Counted from the first letter of the whole stretch, positions 24,521 to 36,584 are shown. The stretch: DNA of 62,947 nt, filler included, from Licmophora abbreviata (GCA_900291995.1; 12 parts of 12 records of this genome joined end to end with filler, not necessarily neighbours in it), one strand, 5' to 3'. Numbers and translations: made by a program. Notes: generated from the letters alone by a model not told the origin.

Positions 24521-24973
24521 NNNNNNNNNNNNNNNNNNNNNNNNNNNNNNNNNNNNNNNNNNNNTTAATTAATTAANNNNNNNNNNNNNNNNNNNNNNNN
24601 NNNNNNNNNNNNNNNNNNNNCGCAATTAGATCGAATTGAATCGAACACTACTCTTTGGTACGGGTCCGTCTTTCCGGTGGTGTCAACAAGTTCTTTCATG
24701 CAAAATTAGTAGGCTAGCCGTCTGTGAGCCCATTGAATCACACAGCTACGACGTCACCACTCGCGTCAGTCATGTCAAAGTCGAATAGAAATTCAAGTTA
24801 TTGGTCTGAAATGGCGGGTGCCGCCGCGACGGGGAGTGGCCCACCAACTATCGCTCGCCACCTTTGCTTCTCAAAGTCGTCAGGGGGCGTCAACACGACG
24901 AGTGTACGCTCGTCAGGCATTGTCGTACCGGTACCACCGGTAATGAAGTACCGAGGGTAGTCGTTACCTGACT

Positions 24974-26163
24974 CTACCGGATCCGGTGGCCACGATCGGA
25001 GGTATGCATCGTGCTGTCGCTTCGTGGCGGAAGTTTCACAGAGCGGTTCACCTCCGCCTCCTCCGCTTCTACTTCTAAGTCATTGATCAGCGCCCTTTCT
25101 TCCGAGCCATGCAGTCTCAAGGTAGGCATGCGGTAAAAGTCTGGTTCGTGATCGGGATCATGAGCCGTCCGGACCCAGGTCCCCTTGATGCGTTTTCGAT
25201 GAATGTGATCACACAAATCTCGCCGGCCACGCAGAAAATACTCATGGTACTGAACAGTGTAAAGGAAGAGGGCAGAACGCAGTGAGCCAGGCATGAATCA
25301 ACACAAGTTAAACGTTTACTATAGCATGCATCACACCCACAGATTCACTACTATACCGTACTCACGTAAGATCCCTTGTCAAGGGTATTTCCACTCAATC
25401 GAATGAATCCGTAGAGGTTCAACTGTCGCTGAAATGATGATAGCTTGCTTTGCTTGAAATAGCGAGGCATGACTACGGCGAGGAACGAGCTCGGATCGTG
25501 CACCTGAAACGCACGTCCGTGAGGCTGCCAAGAGACGATATGGGCCCATTCCTGCGTCTGTACATCTTCCAACATGTCGTGCAAGACGAGTGGGAAGGGT
25601 TTTATTACACCGCCTCGGACGGGTGGGCTACGGTCTTCCCCAAAGAGGCCGGTGACAGGTTTTCCATCGGAAGTCAGAAGATGCAACCCAGACCCAACTG
25701 GATCGCACGAATGATCCTGGTAGCAGTGTTGCACGTAACAACGAGGTCGTTTCTTCGCCTTGAGGTCTGACCTCAATGGACTGTGGGTCTTCGTCTGTCT
25801 CGGCCCTCCGTCTTCTTCCTGGATCGATTCGAGAAAACCAGATAGCGTGTTCGCGGTCGGGTATAGAATCGTGGGATAGTCCGAAAAGCTCAAAGTGGAA
25901 TTCTCAAAGATGCCCCCCATCATCTGCGATTCCGACTCGAGCCATTCCCGAGAAGGAGAGGGCGACAGCGTTCCTGGGTCGGGATCAGAGAGTACGGTCG
26001 AGGTGGACCAAGCAGTGTTCGCACGATCGACGAGAGCGGGTTCGGAACTCCGCGTCCTCTCCGCCAACAAGTTCGTTGCTTCTTCTACGGCAGGAATAAG
26101 GAGTGCCCCCGCTCTGCCTAGTGGGGATGCCTTTGTTTGTGCATGGACAGGACGCTTGCACAT
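24974..26163 (-). CDS. Heat shock factor, copy 3
   Basis: FPLVLH...[10 protein letters not shown]...[11 protein letters not shown]; intron ~25250-25365, then YHEYFLRGR. Confidence 0.9.
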
Positions 26164-26796
26164 GGGATATTAATTTGAGGTCTCAATGTGATGGATGATT
26201 GTGAGATGATGATGTCTTCGAGATATTGTGACGAGCACTTTTTGTGGGCAGATCGACCTCCGGTTCATTCATCTCCACCAACGACAACGATGTGACATAA
26301 AGAATACCTTCTTCGACGATATTTTGACCGATCCAATAATCGACAGTGCATAGATGACATCGTTGCGACATCCGCCTCGAGACCAAGACGTCCGTCCGAG
26401 CTCGCACGAGAACAGACGCTCATAACCCTACGAGTACTNNNNNNNNNNNNNNNNNNNNNNNNNNNNNNNNNNNNNNNNNNNNTTAATTAATTAANNNNNN
26501 NNNNNNNNNNNNNNNNNNNNNNNNNNNNNNNNNNNNNNCGTAGAATTCACATTCAACATGACCAAAGAGTGCAGAAAACCCAACTTGAAACTTTTTGTGG
26601 TCAGCGGAAGCACAGATGTTAGCTATCAACTCCCATCATCAATCTACTACTGAGTTACTCCAGCATGTTGGTAGCAGAAGCAAATAACTGTCACTTCTAC
26701 ATCCATGACCGAACAATGACCTAGCTAGCTAGTCTGCACCGATGATGTCTCCTCCCAATCTATGCCACTCGCTCGCAGTCTCCCCGTTTGTCTTCC

Positions 26797-27396
26797 TTAC
26801 TCATTCATTTTCTCCTTCAAGGCCTTTGCCGCCGTAAACGACACACTCTTGCTAGCCTTGATTTGTATCTCTTCTCCCGTCTGAGGATTCCGTCCCTTGC
26901 GCGCCGCGCGCTGCGACAATTTGAAGGTCCCAAAGCCGGAGAGATTGATGCGCTTTCCAAGCATGACTTGCTACGAACAATAATAATATAACATTAGAGA
27001 GAGAGAGAGAGAGAAAGCAGGCAGAGGGATGAGATATGGGGCAAGAGTCAAACATCGCTGCAACAGCGATGGGCAGTCGCGTTTGTATTGCACAGCATGT
27101 ACACCCACTCCTGTTGGTAGACAAGACGCACGCACGCACGCACGCACCTCCTTGACGGTATCCAGAACGGCCGCCAGCGCCGTTTCCGACTCTGTCTTGC
27201 TCAAGCCCGTCTTTTCCGCCATGGATGCTATGAACTCTGCCTTTTTAAAGGTCTCCTCCTTGGAAGCGGCAAAGAGGGTGTTGTGTCGACTAACAGTGGT
27301 AGAGCGCTGTATCGAGCCTAGCGCCGTGAAGGCGTCGGACCCAAGCGACGACAGGGCCAGCAGAACAGAGATAAAAGACACGACGACTGATTTCAT
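26797..27396 (-). CDS. Nucleus-encoded, plastid-targeted bacterial-type HU DNA-binding protein
   Basis: Exon 1 (27148-27396): [24 protein letters not shown]...[33 protein letters not shown]. Exon 2 (26797-26970), translated by hand: [57 protein letters not shown], the HU signature. GT-AG intron. Confidence 0.93.
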
Positions 27397-27540
27397 AGTG
27401 TTGCGAGAAAGACTGGAGCACGGTGGGACAGACAAGAGTGAACGACAGCACAGAGCAGGCGAAAGAATGAACGGTGCTGCAGCAAAGATCCATCAAATCG
27501 CGCCGGCTGCCGATCCTGTTTCTCTCTTGGAGGACGGCTC

Positions 27541-27589
27541 CTCGCGCGTGAGCGCGCGAAAGAAGAGACGGTTGGACACCATGACGATG
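27541..27589. repeat. 49-bp direct repeat, left copy
   Basis: CTCGCGCGTGAGCGCGCGAAAGAAGAGACGGTTGGACACCATGACGATG; one mismatch to 29160-29208. Confidence 0.93.
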
Positions 27590-27721
27590 GTGGCAGGATG
27601 ACTGTTTTCAGTAAAAAATCACCGCAAAAGAGGAGCAATACAAAGTACGATAGCAAAACAAAAAGCAAGAGCGAGCGACTCACCTATTTTTCACCGCACA
27701 GTGTTCACAGTGGATGACGGT

Positions 27722-28983
27722 ATGGATCAATTGCGAAACCGACTGCGGCAATTGGGCTTGTCGGAAGCCGCGGTCAATGCAACCCTCGATGTAGCCCGAG
27801 AAGAAACGCAGGAAGCTGTGGCTGTGGCTGTCGCAGGAGCACGCGGGGATTTGTACTGTTGCGTGGAGGATCTTCTTGGTATGCAGTGGGAGCGATACGC
27901 TCCGAATGATTTTGCCAGACTGCGACGTGATTGGCCTACTTACTTGACAACACTACCGCAAGGTCACGCTCTACGAAAAGTGTATTCAAAGACAAGGAAC
28001 GCGGCTTATGATCCTCACCGTTACGCTGCAATCTCCACTGCGCTGTCCTCAGTGGACGGTGTGAGTCCAGTGAGACTCTGCGCGTTTCCCAATTCCGAAG
28101 AACATGCCGACAAAGCTCACTTGTGTCCAAAGACTGGAATATCGGGGAAAACGGATACCTGGCTTTATGCGGCGTCGGCTGTTTTCGGGATGGACTACGA
28201 TACACAAAATGATCGGCTCGCTCTATCGAAAGCATTGCGGGGTTCTCATAACGTTGGTGCTCGATCGGTAAGTATTCAGACTGGCCTTAACCGCTCTCCG
28301 TTCAATTTCCTGCTATTCATGGAACACAAAAGGTACTTTGATGAGGCACCTGGCGTGATTGTCCTTCCTGTTCTCGATTTGGACGGAGTAAAAAGTTGGA
28401 ATGGAGCATCCTATCGAGTTATCGTTCTCTGCTCTCGATTCATACGGACGATAACTCCATCGCAAATGGCTGTCAGAATCGGTCTGACGTCAACCGACCC
28501 AGTTTTGTTCAGAAGGCGACTCTCGGAGACCTTGATACGGCCATTGCAACCCTCCGTTCTGTTGTCAAAGCGTCAGCGTTCTGTTTGGAGGAGCTTCCGG
28601 CACCGGAGAATCACCGGGCAAAGCTGTTGTGGAATAAGTATCTTGATAGTGTTCACCAGAACCGAGTAGCTACCCAGTCTATCACGCCTATGCTTGATCT
28701 GGCCGGTAAAATCCCAGTTCCATCAGACCCAAGAAACATCCCCAATGGGAAGTTTGTTGTAATGATAGATCTTGCAAACATGAAGCCAGATCATGGCAAC
28801 GGAGCATATCCTGATCCACTGCTTCTGGCCTACAAGAGCTCCATCAACTGGACACGGCAGCACAAGTTTCAGCTCATGGCAGAGGCAGAGCCTTCAGATC
28901 TCGAGTATCCTGGGGACACTGGAGCAAGTACTGATACGGGAGTCTCGGCGCGTTCGATACCCGAAGAAATTCATGTTGGATAA
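27722..28983 (+). CDS. HNH_2-like endonuclease-fold protein (frameshift near 28505)
   Basis: C....EEHADKAHLCP ... NFLLFMEHKRYFD...VIVLP and C-terminal YPDPLLLAYKSSINW resemble eukaryotic HNH_2/CR-effector domains; intronless; two overlapping ORFs. Confidence 0.55.
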
Positions 28984-29159
28984 GCCCAATATCAACACTT
29001 CAGGAGTCGCGAGCAGTGCACTAGTCCGTTTTGGCTCATTGCAATCATGCCTTTGCTCCTGTCCCTATTCGCATTTCGTAGATGTGACATTCTAGTTCCT
29101 TGCCCCATTGCAAGCTTGGAATGTCGTCGAGTTGTGACGTGATTTGACTTGATTTCTTT

Positions 29160-29208
29160 CTCGCGCGTGAGCGCGCGAAAGAAGAGACGGATGGACACCA
29201 TGACGATG
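29160..29208. repeat. 49-bp direct repeat, right copy
   Basis: CTCGCGCGTGAGCGCGCGAAAGAAGAGACGGATGGACACCATGACGATG. Confidence 0.93.
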
Positions 29209-29515
29209 CACGGCGCCATGAAGCACGGCCATTCGAACCGTCGTCAAGAGTGTCGTGTATCTCGATTGCCACCTTGTTCCTCGTAGATTCGTGGGATCTC
29301 TGAGCGCTGTCTTGTATGCGGTGAGTCTCAGGGAGGGAGGTGCGACTATCACATGAATACAAGAAAGGCAATTTTTGAATTTGAAATTTCGAACTTTCCA
29401 AAAAACGTATCTTCACGCGACGGATGCGGCACTCGTTTGTAGACTATGATTGCTCTCTCGCCGATGTCTCTAGTAGCGCTCTCTGATTTCTGCCGTCTCT
29501 GTCTACTTTTACAGC

Positions 29516-30130
29516 TTGACAGCTTCTTGTCAAAAGGTTCTCGTCACGTACGCTGCGGCCCGTCTGTTTGGTAGTGTTCGCGGTGGTACTATCGTTTCCG
29601 CGTTCGTTGCGAGTGCCACTCCACAACAGTACAACAGCGACAAGAGTCGACACAAAAGTACTCCAAATAGTCTCATTCACACTTCCAACACTCGTCAATT
29701 CATGGGTGGCACAGACGAAGTGGAAGCCGCCAAGACGGCGGCTGCCGCACAGAAAGACTACGAGACCAGCGACAAGGACGGCGCCGGTCCTGCGACGGTC
29801 TTTGACAAGATTCTGAGCGGCGAATGGAGCAGCGATAAGGTCTTGGAAGACGATCTGTGTTTGGCCTTTCGTGACATTAACCCACAGGCACCCGCGCACA
29901 TTGTTTTGATTCCCAAGCATCGGAATGGACTGACGCAATTGAGCAAGGCGGAGGAGTCGCACAAGGCTATTCTGGGGCATCTCTTGTATGTGGCACAGGA
30001 GATTGGCAAGTCGGAATGTCCGAACGGATTTCGGGTGGTGATTAACGATGGAGAGCAAGGTGCACAGTCGGTCTATCATTTGCATGTGCACATTCTCGGT
30101 GGAAGACAGATGCTGTGGCCGCCTGGATGA
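29516..30130 (+). CDS. Histidine triad nucleotide-binding protein (HINT); start uncertain, possible organellar presequence
   Basis: TVFDKI...AFRDINPQAPAHIVLIPK...GFRVVINDG..GAQSVYHLHVHILGGRQMLWPPG. Confidence 0.93.
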   Translation: MTASCQKVLVTYAAARLFGSVRGGTIVSAFVASATPQQYNSDKSRHKSTPNSLIHTSNTRQFMGGTDEVEAAKTAAAAQKDYETSDKDGAGPATVFDKILSGEWSSDKVLEDDLCLAFRDINPQAPAHIVLIPKHRNGLTQLSKAEESHKAILGHLLYVAQEIGKSECPNGFRVVINDGEQGAQSVYHLHVHILGGRQMLWPPG

Positions 30131-30308
30131 ATGAATTGATGAATAGGAACTGCGACTTGCGCGAGTATGGCACGCGAACGAGACTGATCGAGTGAGTGAC
30201 TTCGATGGAAGGCCACGTCTTTCATTGTAAGAGTCGATAGGAACCGAATTGGTCTACCTGGTACGTAGTATGTACAAGATTGTATCTAGTCTAGCTTCGA
30301 CTCTGTGT

Positions 30309-30968
30309 CTACTTTTTGCGCTTTCGAAACATCCGACGATGCAGAGGCAGCCGCTTGTCCTCTGTCAGTTTCAATACTCGATGACAGGCACGCGCCAGTT
30401 CCGTATCCTTCAACAAGCCCCCAATCCGCTCAAACAGTCGAAACGAACTCATAGCCTTGGGAGCGTCCAGCGAACCCAAAAGCAAGGAGAGAGTTTTCGG
30501 TTTGTTTCGACGCAACTGCGCTTCGATCGCAGCCAGCACACTGAGATAATTTTGTCTCAAATTCACCCCCTCAATAGTAGCCAACGACAGATACGCCACT
30601 GCTTGATCGTCTGTCCGAAGAGCATAGTGCCTGTTGGTGGACGATCCCCGTTCGACACCATCCACGACATACGGCGCGGTGGGAAGCATGAACCACAACC
30701 AGCACGACTGCTTGCTCCCGGATTGAATCTCGCGTATGGCCCGTGCAAAAAACTGTCGTTGGGGCACGACAAAGCGCCGTATCAGATCGTGGGGGTCGGA
30801 GGCAGTACTCGTAGACGGAGAGGGGATTCGTGCTTGATCATCCATGCTGCTCATTTCGCTGCTGATGCTGTTCGCGTCGATCGTGTCGGCTGGGTTCGTG
30901 TCGGTTATCATTCTTGCCGGGCCATGCTCTTCTGCAGCAGGAGATCTGCCAATTGCTGTGTCAGGCAT
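30309..30968 (-). CDS. DUF1810-like protein
   Basis: RFVVPQ..FARAIREIQSGSKQSCWLWFMLP...YAL....AVAYL...LLGSLDAPKAMSSFRLF fits the DUF1810 pattern. Confidence 0.75.
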   Translation of the reverse strand: MPDTAIGRSPAAEEHGPARMITDTNPADTIDANSISSEMSSMDDQARIPSPSTSTASDPHDLIRRFVVPQRQFFARAIREIQSGSKQSCWLWFMLPTAPYVVDGVERGSSTNRHYALRTDDQAVAYLSLATIEGVNLRQNYLSVLAAIEAQLRRNKPKTLSLLLGSLDAPKAMSSFRLFERIGGLLKDTELARACHRVLKLTEDKRLPLHRRMFRKRKK

Positions 30969-31130
30969 ACGTATGATACAGTACTTAGGGGAAAGGCCGC
31001 GTCGTGGCGATGGGAAACGAACGCAAGCAANNNNNNNNNNNNNNNNNNNNNNNNNNNNNNNNNNNNNNNNNNNNTTAATTAATTAANNNNNNNNNNNNNN
31101 NNNNNNNNNNNNNNNNNNNNNNNNNNNNNN

Positions 31131-31971
31131 TACTACTACCAGCGCTAGTACTACCATCAACCACACTTGCAGGACAGCCCCAGAATGCATTGGCACCTGC
31201 TTTCATCGTACTTGGGACGAATGCGAGACGCAAGACCCCGAGGTGGTCTCGCAGCAGGTGCGTGACTTTTGCGAGTCTCCTGAACTGCGTGAATTTTGCA
31301 CACGCGCCGGTTTGGTGGAGCCCGCCTTTGAATGGAGTCATCACATGTGCTCTACCCACGGTCTTCTTCACTTTCGCAAAAATCAACTCTATGTGCGCTT
31401 CTGGGAAGCTGTCATGGCACACCCCGACCAAAACATGGCGGTGGTCTTTCATGGAACGTACGAATCGAATGTGCCTCATGTTTTGAAGTATGGACTGGAT
31501 CCAAAGTATCGTCGAACCCAGGCATTTGGCAAGGGAGAGTACTTTGCCAAGGAGCCCGGTCTCTCCACTACGTACTGTCATGGAGGACACAAGATGGTGG
31601 TGTACTTGGTACTCTTGCCCAAAGACAAGGACCAAAAGTGGAGTCAACGAGATCGTGACATTGTCGTGGTGGATCATGTGGAGCATCAACTGCCGATTGG
31701 GGTTGTGACGTACGAAGATACCGATCAGTCGATTGTCCAGAGCTCACAACAAGTGCGGATATGTCAACGAGATTTCAAAAATCATGCCGTGGAAATGGAA
31801 CATTTGGCAAAGGAAGAAAGGCAATTGTGTCACGTGGAGGAGGCGGAATCACTGGAAGCGCAGGCGAAGAATGCGTGGGAACACTATCATGAAATGAGAC
31901 AAGATGACTTGCGAAACATTCACTTGTCGCGGTATGCAACTGCTCCAGAAACGGCTGCTACTAGCTACTAG
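31131..31971 (+). CDS. PARP/ADP-ribosyltransferase-like catalytic domain protein (5' end lost in gap)
   Basis: VVFHGT...GLDP....QAFGKGEYFAK....STTY...VYLVL...IVVVD...QLPIGVV; His and Tyr conserved, no obvious catalytic Glu. Confidence 0.75.
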
Positions 31972-32128
31972 AGTGCCTCTTGAGTAGTAGTCGTGGCACG
32001 AATGAGCTGCTGCCACAGGAAGTAAGACTACAGGCTAGATCAACAAGCAAAATAAATTATAAGAATACAGCATCAAGTAACTTGCAATGCAGCTCTATCG
32101 GATTGATTCTGTTCACACTCATATTTTT

Positions 32129-34078
32129 CTAAAACTCAAACGTTTCCAAGTGCAAGTCAAACACAACACGCCTACCACCCATCATCATCATGTCACTGTG
32201 TTTGCGGCATGCCTCTTGCACCTCTTCCATGAGCGCGCGCGGACCACACCCAAACACCATCACGTGAGTTTGGTGCTTGTCGATGGCAAGCTGCTTCGTC
32301 TCGGCGAAGATAGCGATTATGTCAGGCCGGCCTGTATGAAGAGTCGTGTTGCTGGATGGCACACTACTAGATGCCATAGCAGTGCTGCTTTCGGTGCCAG
32401 TTTCAGCCTTCGTCTGGTAAATATCGGTTTGAAGCACACACTGCCGGCGGCTACGATTAGCATCGTAGACGGTCTCGAGTTCTACTGCCGCTTCCACAGG
32501 ATAGCCCTCGGGTGTCGATGACAAGACCGAACAAGTGGAGCGGGCCAGCTCAATGTCCCCATCGTCGTTTGAGCTCCCAGCACCTGACTTTCTTCGACGA
32601 ACTCGTCCAGACTCTCGGAGCCTCCCATCACGGGCATGTCCTCTACCATGGACAGATCCCGTACGGCCCACACGAAGCGCACATGTCGGAGCGAACGCAT
32701 GTGCTTGTAGTGATCGTAGAGCAAGCTCTTTCCAACACTCTGACAGGGCGTCACGCCAATGCCGCCACTTATCAGTAATGCTACTTGATTGCGCTTTTCG
32801 TTGTCGATATCGACACTCAAGTTGCCATAGGGACCTTCCATGAGCATGGATGTAGNNNNNNNNNNNNNNNNNNNNNNNNNNNNNNNNNNNNNNNNNNNNT
32901 TAATTAATTAANNNNNNNNNNNNNNNNNNNNNNNNNNNNNNNNNNNNNNNNNNNNAAGTTTGTTTGTCAGCTAGGTCCAGCACACGACGACTCCAGTCTC
33001 CCAAAGCACGGATGTGGAGCGTGACGGTCGGTTCATGAGGAGCCGACGATATGCTGATTGGGTGAAACTCTAACACCGACAGGGTCGGAAAGGCAATTTG
33101 TACAAACTGGCCCGGTCGATATGTGAAGGAAGACGGCTTTGGAAAACTGACTTGCACAACGCCATTGCGCAGTTTGGTAATCTCACACTTCGTCGGATAT
33201 CGACATCCCGCACAAATGACATATCGCACAACCCAATCAACAATCCACCACACGACGATGAACCAAATGCTGGAGACGCTGTGCGCAACGCAAAAGACAA
33301 TCACAGCGACTGCCAATGCAATGTGAGACAGCAGCCATAGGTTGAAGCAGTAGCGACGCAGTATTGGAAAGAAGCTGGTCGCCACCAGTCCCACCATGCA
33401 TGCAATAATGAGCGTCCCGCTCGTGTTGGTGCCACCATCCACCAGGAATCTTGCTACGTCCGGATCGGCTCCGTTCTTCCAATGCGCACTGTCACCGCTC
33501 AATCGACGCCGATCGCGAGAGTCACCACTGTTGCTGTCACCGCTACTTCCATACACATACGCCACATAAGTATGGAAGATGCCCAGTACGACACTGACAA
33601 AACTGCACAAGTTGTGTATACCAATCATGCGTTCAAAAGGAATTCCCAGTACAAAGGCAATCAAACTATTGCTCTTGCTGGCTGTCAAGTACGTTAGTAC
33701 TATGGCATACCCAGCCACAGACCCACCGGAATCCAAATTGGGAGAGACAAAGGTCAAGTTGTAGCCGGCCAGTAGCAATAGAAGCAGGGGCGTCGTGAGG
33801 ACGACTTCGCCGAGAGTTACGTATGTGAGGAACTTGACGCCAGGAATAGGAATGCGGGGGACGAAATCGGGCAGAATGCGCATGCTGAGCGGTCGAGCCA
33901 ACCAAAAGCGAACTCGATACAAGACCCGAAGCACCGGCTGTAGAATAAGCAGCAGCGGCTCCATCAAGAGATGGCCCAAAACACATTCGATGGTTTGGTT
34001 CTTGTACGGCTGGAACTTCGTCGTCGATGACCCACGTGTTTTGGTCGGCGCTGGGGGTATAGAAGAAGGAGAAGTCAT
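32129..34078 (-). CDS. Ferric reductase (FRE/NOX superfamily), copy 1; spans a gap, indel near 32590
   Basis: Heme His pairs HNLCSFVSVVLGIFH and HIALAVAVIVFCVAH (both H-x13-H); FAD motif HPISISS; EGPYG, SGGIGVTP, CGP, terminal ETFEF. Confidence 0.9.
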
Positions 34079-34270
34079 GATTCGACTTGTTCACCGGGTA
34101 CTTCTCGGTTCCGTCTACTGTGCCAGGTGTCTCATTCACCTCTTGAACGAAATTATGAGCTCGGTTGGTATCTTTCATGAGTCGTGGTTATCCCGGTTTG
34201 ATGTTCGCCTTCCCAATCTCGCGGGTCTCAGCTCCGCGGTCCTGAGCAGTCGAGCATGGGAGTTCGTACC

Positions 34271-34278
34271 TGACGTCA
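34271..34278. promoter_or_regulatory. Palindromic TGACGTCA (CRE/bZIP-type) motif upstream of FRE copy 1
   Basis: TGACGTCATG lies ~195 nt upstream of the ATG; the same 10-mer is at 36585-36594 upstream of copy 2. Confidence 0.45.
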
Positions 34279-34739
34279 TGCTCAAAATGAGATGACGTGC
34301 TTGCCTCCAGGTTGTGGTTTCGTTTTTGTTTGCTTTGATTCTTCTCCTAGAAGGATCCTTCATCCTTGGGAAAGCAATTTCTGATACCGTGATGCTAGAG
34401 GGAATAGAGTCTTCATAATTCATGAAGTCTTTGAAGCTCACGAAAACCACTGATTTTTTTTATTTTTCCGACATTGAGCCGCGCTCGAGTGTGCTCCGGA
34501 TGTGCTTTCAGCGCGCTCGTGAGTCGATCCCAATCCACCACGACTCAACTCAATGGATCAACTCGTGATTCATTCAACGATGTCTTCGACCTGCACTCGA
34601 GTTGCTTGGAGACAAACACCCATCAACTGTTTCATCATCGTCTCTGAGATCACACTCTAGCTATCAACAATCAAAAGTGCTATGATATGTATGATGTACT
34701 CTCGAGTATGCATTGTCAATCTTGGGGCTTTCGCGTTAG

Positions 34740-36371
34740 CTAAAATTCAAAGGTTTCCAAGTGCAAGTCAAACACAACGCGCCTACCACCCATCATCATC
34801 ATGTCACTGTGTTTGCGGCATGCCTCTTGCACCTCTTCCATGAGCGCGCGCGGACCACACCCAAACACCATCACGTGAGTTTGGTGCTTGTCGATGGCAA
34901 CCTGCTTCATTTCAGAAAAGATGGCATTCACATCGGGCCGGCCTGCGTGAAGAGTCGTGTTGCTGGATGGCACACTGCTAGATGCCATAGCAGTGCCAAT
35001 GGAGTCGCTATCAGTCTTGGTCAGGTAAATATCGGTCTCAACGACGCACCGTCGCCTGCTTCGCCTATCCTCCTCGTTATTCTCCAGCTCTACAGCCGCC
35101 TCCACAGGACAGNNNNNNNNNNNNNNNNNNNNNNNNNNNNNNNNNNNNNNNNNNNNTTAATTAATTAANNNNNNNNNNNNNNNNNNNNNNNNNNNNNNNN
35201 NNNNNNNNNNNNTAGATTGCTTCTCAGCTAGGTTCATCAGACGACGACTCCAGTCTCCCAGAGCACGGATGTGGAGCGTGACGGTCGGTTCGTGAGGCGT
35301 CGACGACAAGCTGACTGGGTGAAACTCTAACACCGACAGGGTCGGAAAGGCAATCTGGACAAATTGTCCTGGTCGATACGTGAAGGAAGACGACTTTGGA
35401 AAACTGACTCGCACAACGCCATTGCGAAGTTTGGTGAGCTCACACTGTTTCGGATACCGACACCTCGCGCAAATGACATATCGCACAACGCAGTCGACAA
35501 TCCACCATACAACGATGAAGTAGACGCTCGAGCGGCTATGGGCCCCGCAAGAGGCAACCAAAGCCATTGCCAATCCAATGTGCGACAGTAGCCACAGGTT
35601 GAAGCAGTAGCGACGGAATATCGGAAAGAAGCTGGTAGTCACCAACGCCAGAATGAATGTGACCACCAATGTCCCACTCGTGTTGATCTCACCGTCCACT
35701 AAGAACTTTGACACGCTCGGTTCGACTCCGTCTTTGCAGTGCTTGGTGTGTTGAGGTGCGTGCGCGCGGTCGGGGTGCAACTCACGCCGATCGTCACCGT
35801 CATTGCTGTCCTCGCTGCCTCCATACGCATATGCCACATAGGTGTGAAGGATGCCCAATACCACACTGACAAGACTGCACAAGGTGTGCATGCCGATCAT
35901 GCGGTCAAAGGGAATTCCCAACACAAAGGCAATCAAACTATTGCTCTTGCTGGCTGTCAAGTATGTGAGAATAATCGCATACCCAGCCACAGACCCACCC
36001 GTATTGATGCTGGGAGAGATAAACGTCAAGTAGTAGCCGGCGACTAGAAGTGCAACGAGTGGAAGTGTCAACAGGAGCTCGCCGAAAGTCGTGTAGGTTA
36101 GGAACTTGGCGCCCGGAATAGGAATGCGGGGTGTCCATTTGGGAAGGATCCGCGTGCTGAGGGGATGTGCCAACCAAAAGCGAACTCGATACAAGGCCCG
36201 AAGCACAGGCTCTAGAGCAGAGAGCAAAGGTTCTAACACGAAATGGCCCAAGACGCATGCGATGGTTTGGTTCTTGTAAGGCTGGAACCTTGTCGTTGAC
36301 GACTCTGGAGGTTTGGTCGGCGTAGTTCTTGCGTGTGCACCGGTACTATTAGAAGACAAAGAAGTAGTCAT
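34740..36371 (-). CDS. Ferric reductase, copy 2 (tandem paralog; middle lost in gap)
   Basis: Collinear with copy 1: HTLCSLVSVVLGILH, HIGLAMALVASCGAH, HPVSLSS, CGP, ETFEF; 3' coding end nearly identical. Confidence 0.88.
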
Positions 36372-36584
36372 GATTCGACGGATTCATACGCTCAGTCTGT
36401 ATCTTTGGCTGCACCTTGTTGTGTATGCCTTTCATTTTTTCGAACTTGTGAGCTCGGTTGGAAACTCCAACTAGCAAGTTTTATAGCCTGGTTTATAAAC
36501 GATACCTGGCAAGGTAGGCGGCCGGTATCTTCACACGGTGGGAGTCGCTCCAAACTAGTGGGAGTCGAAGGTGTCGATTGTCCG

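Noticed and set aside
26995..27147. (GA)n and (GCAC)n repeats
   Set aside because: Ordinary microsatellites within the HU intron.
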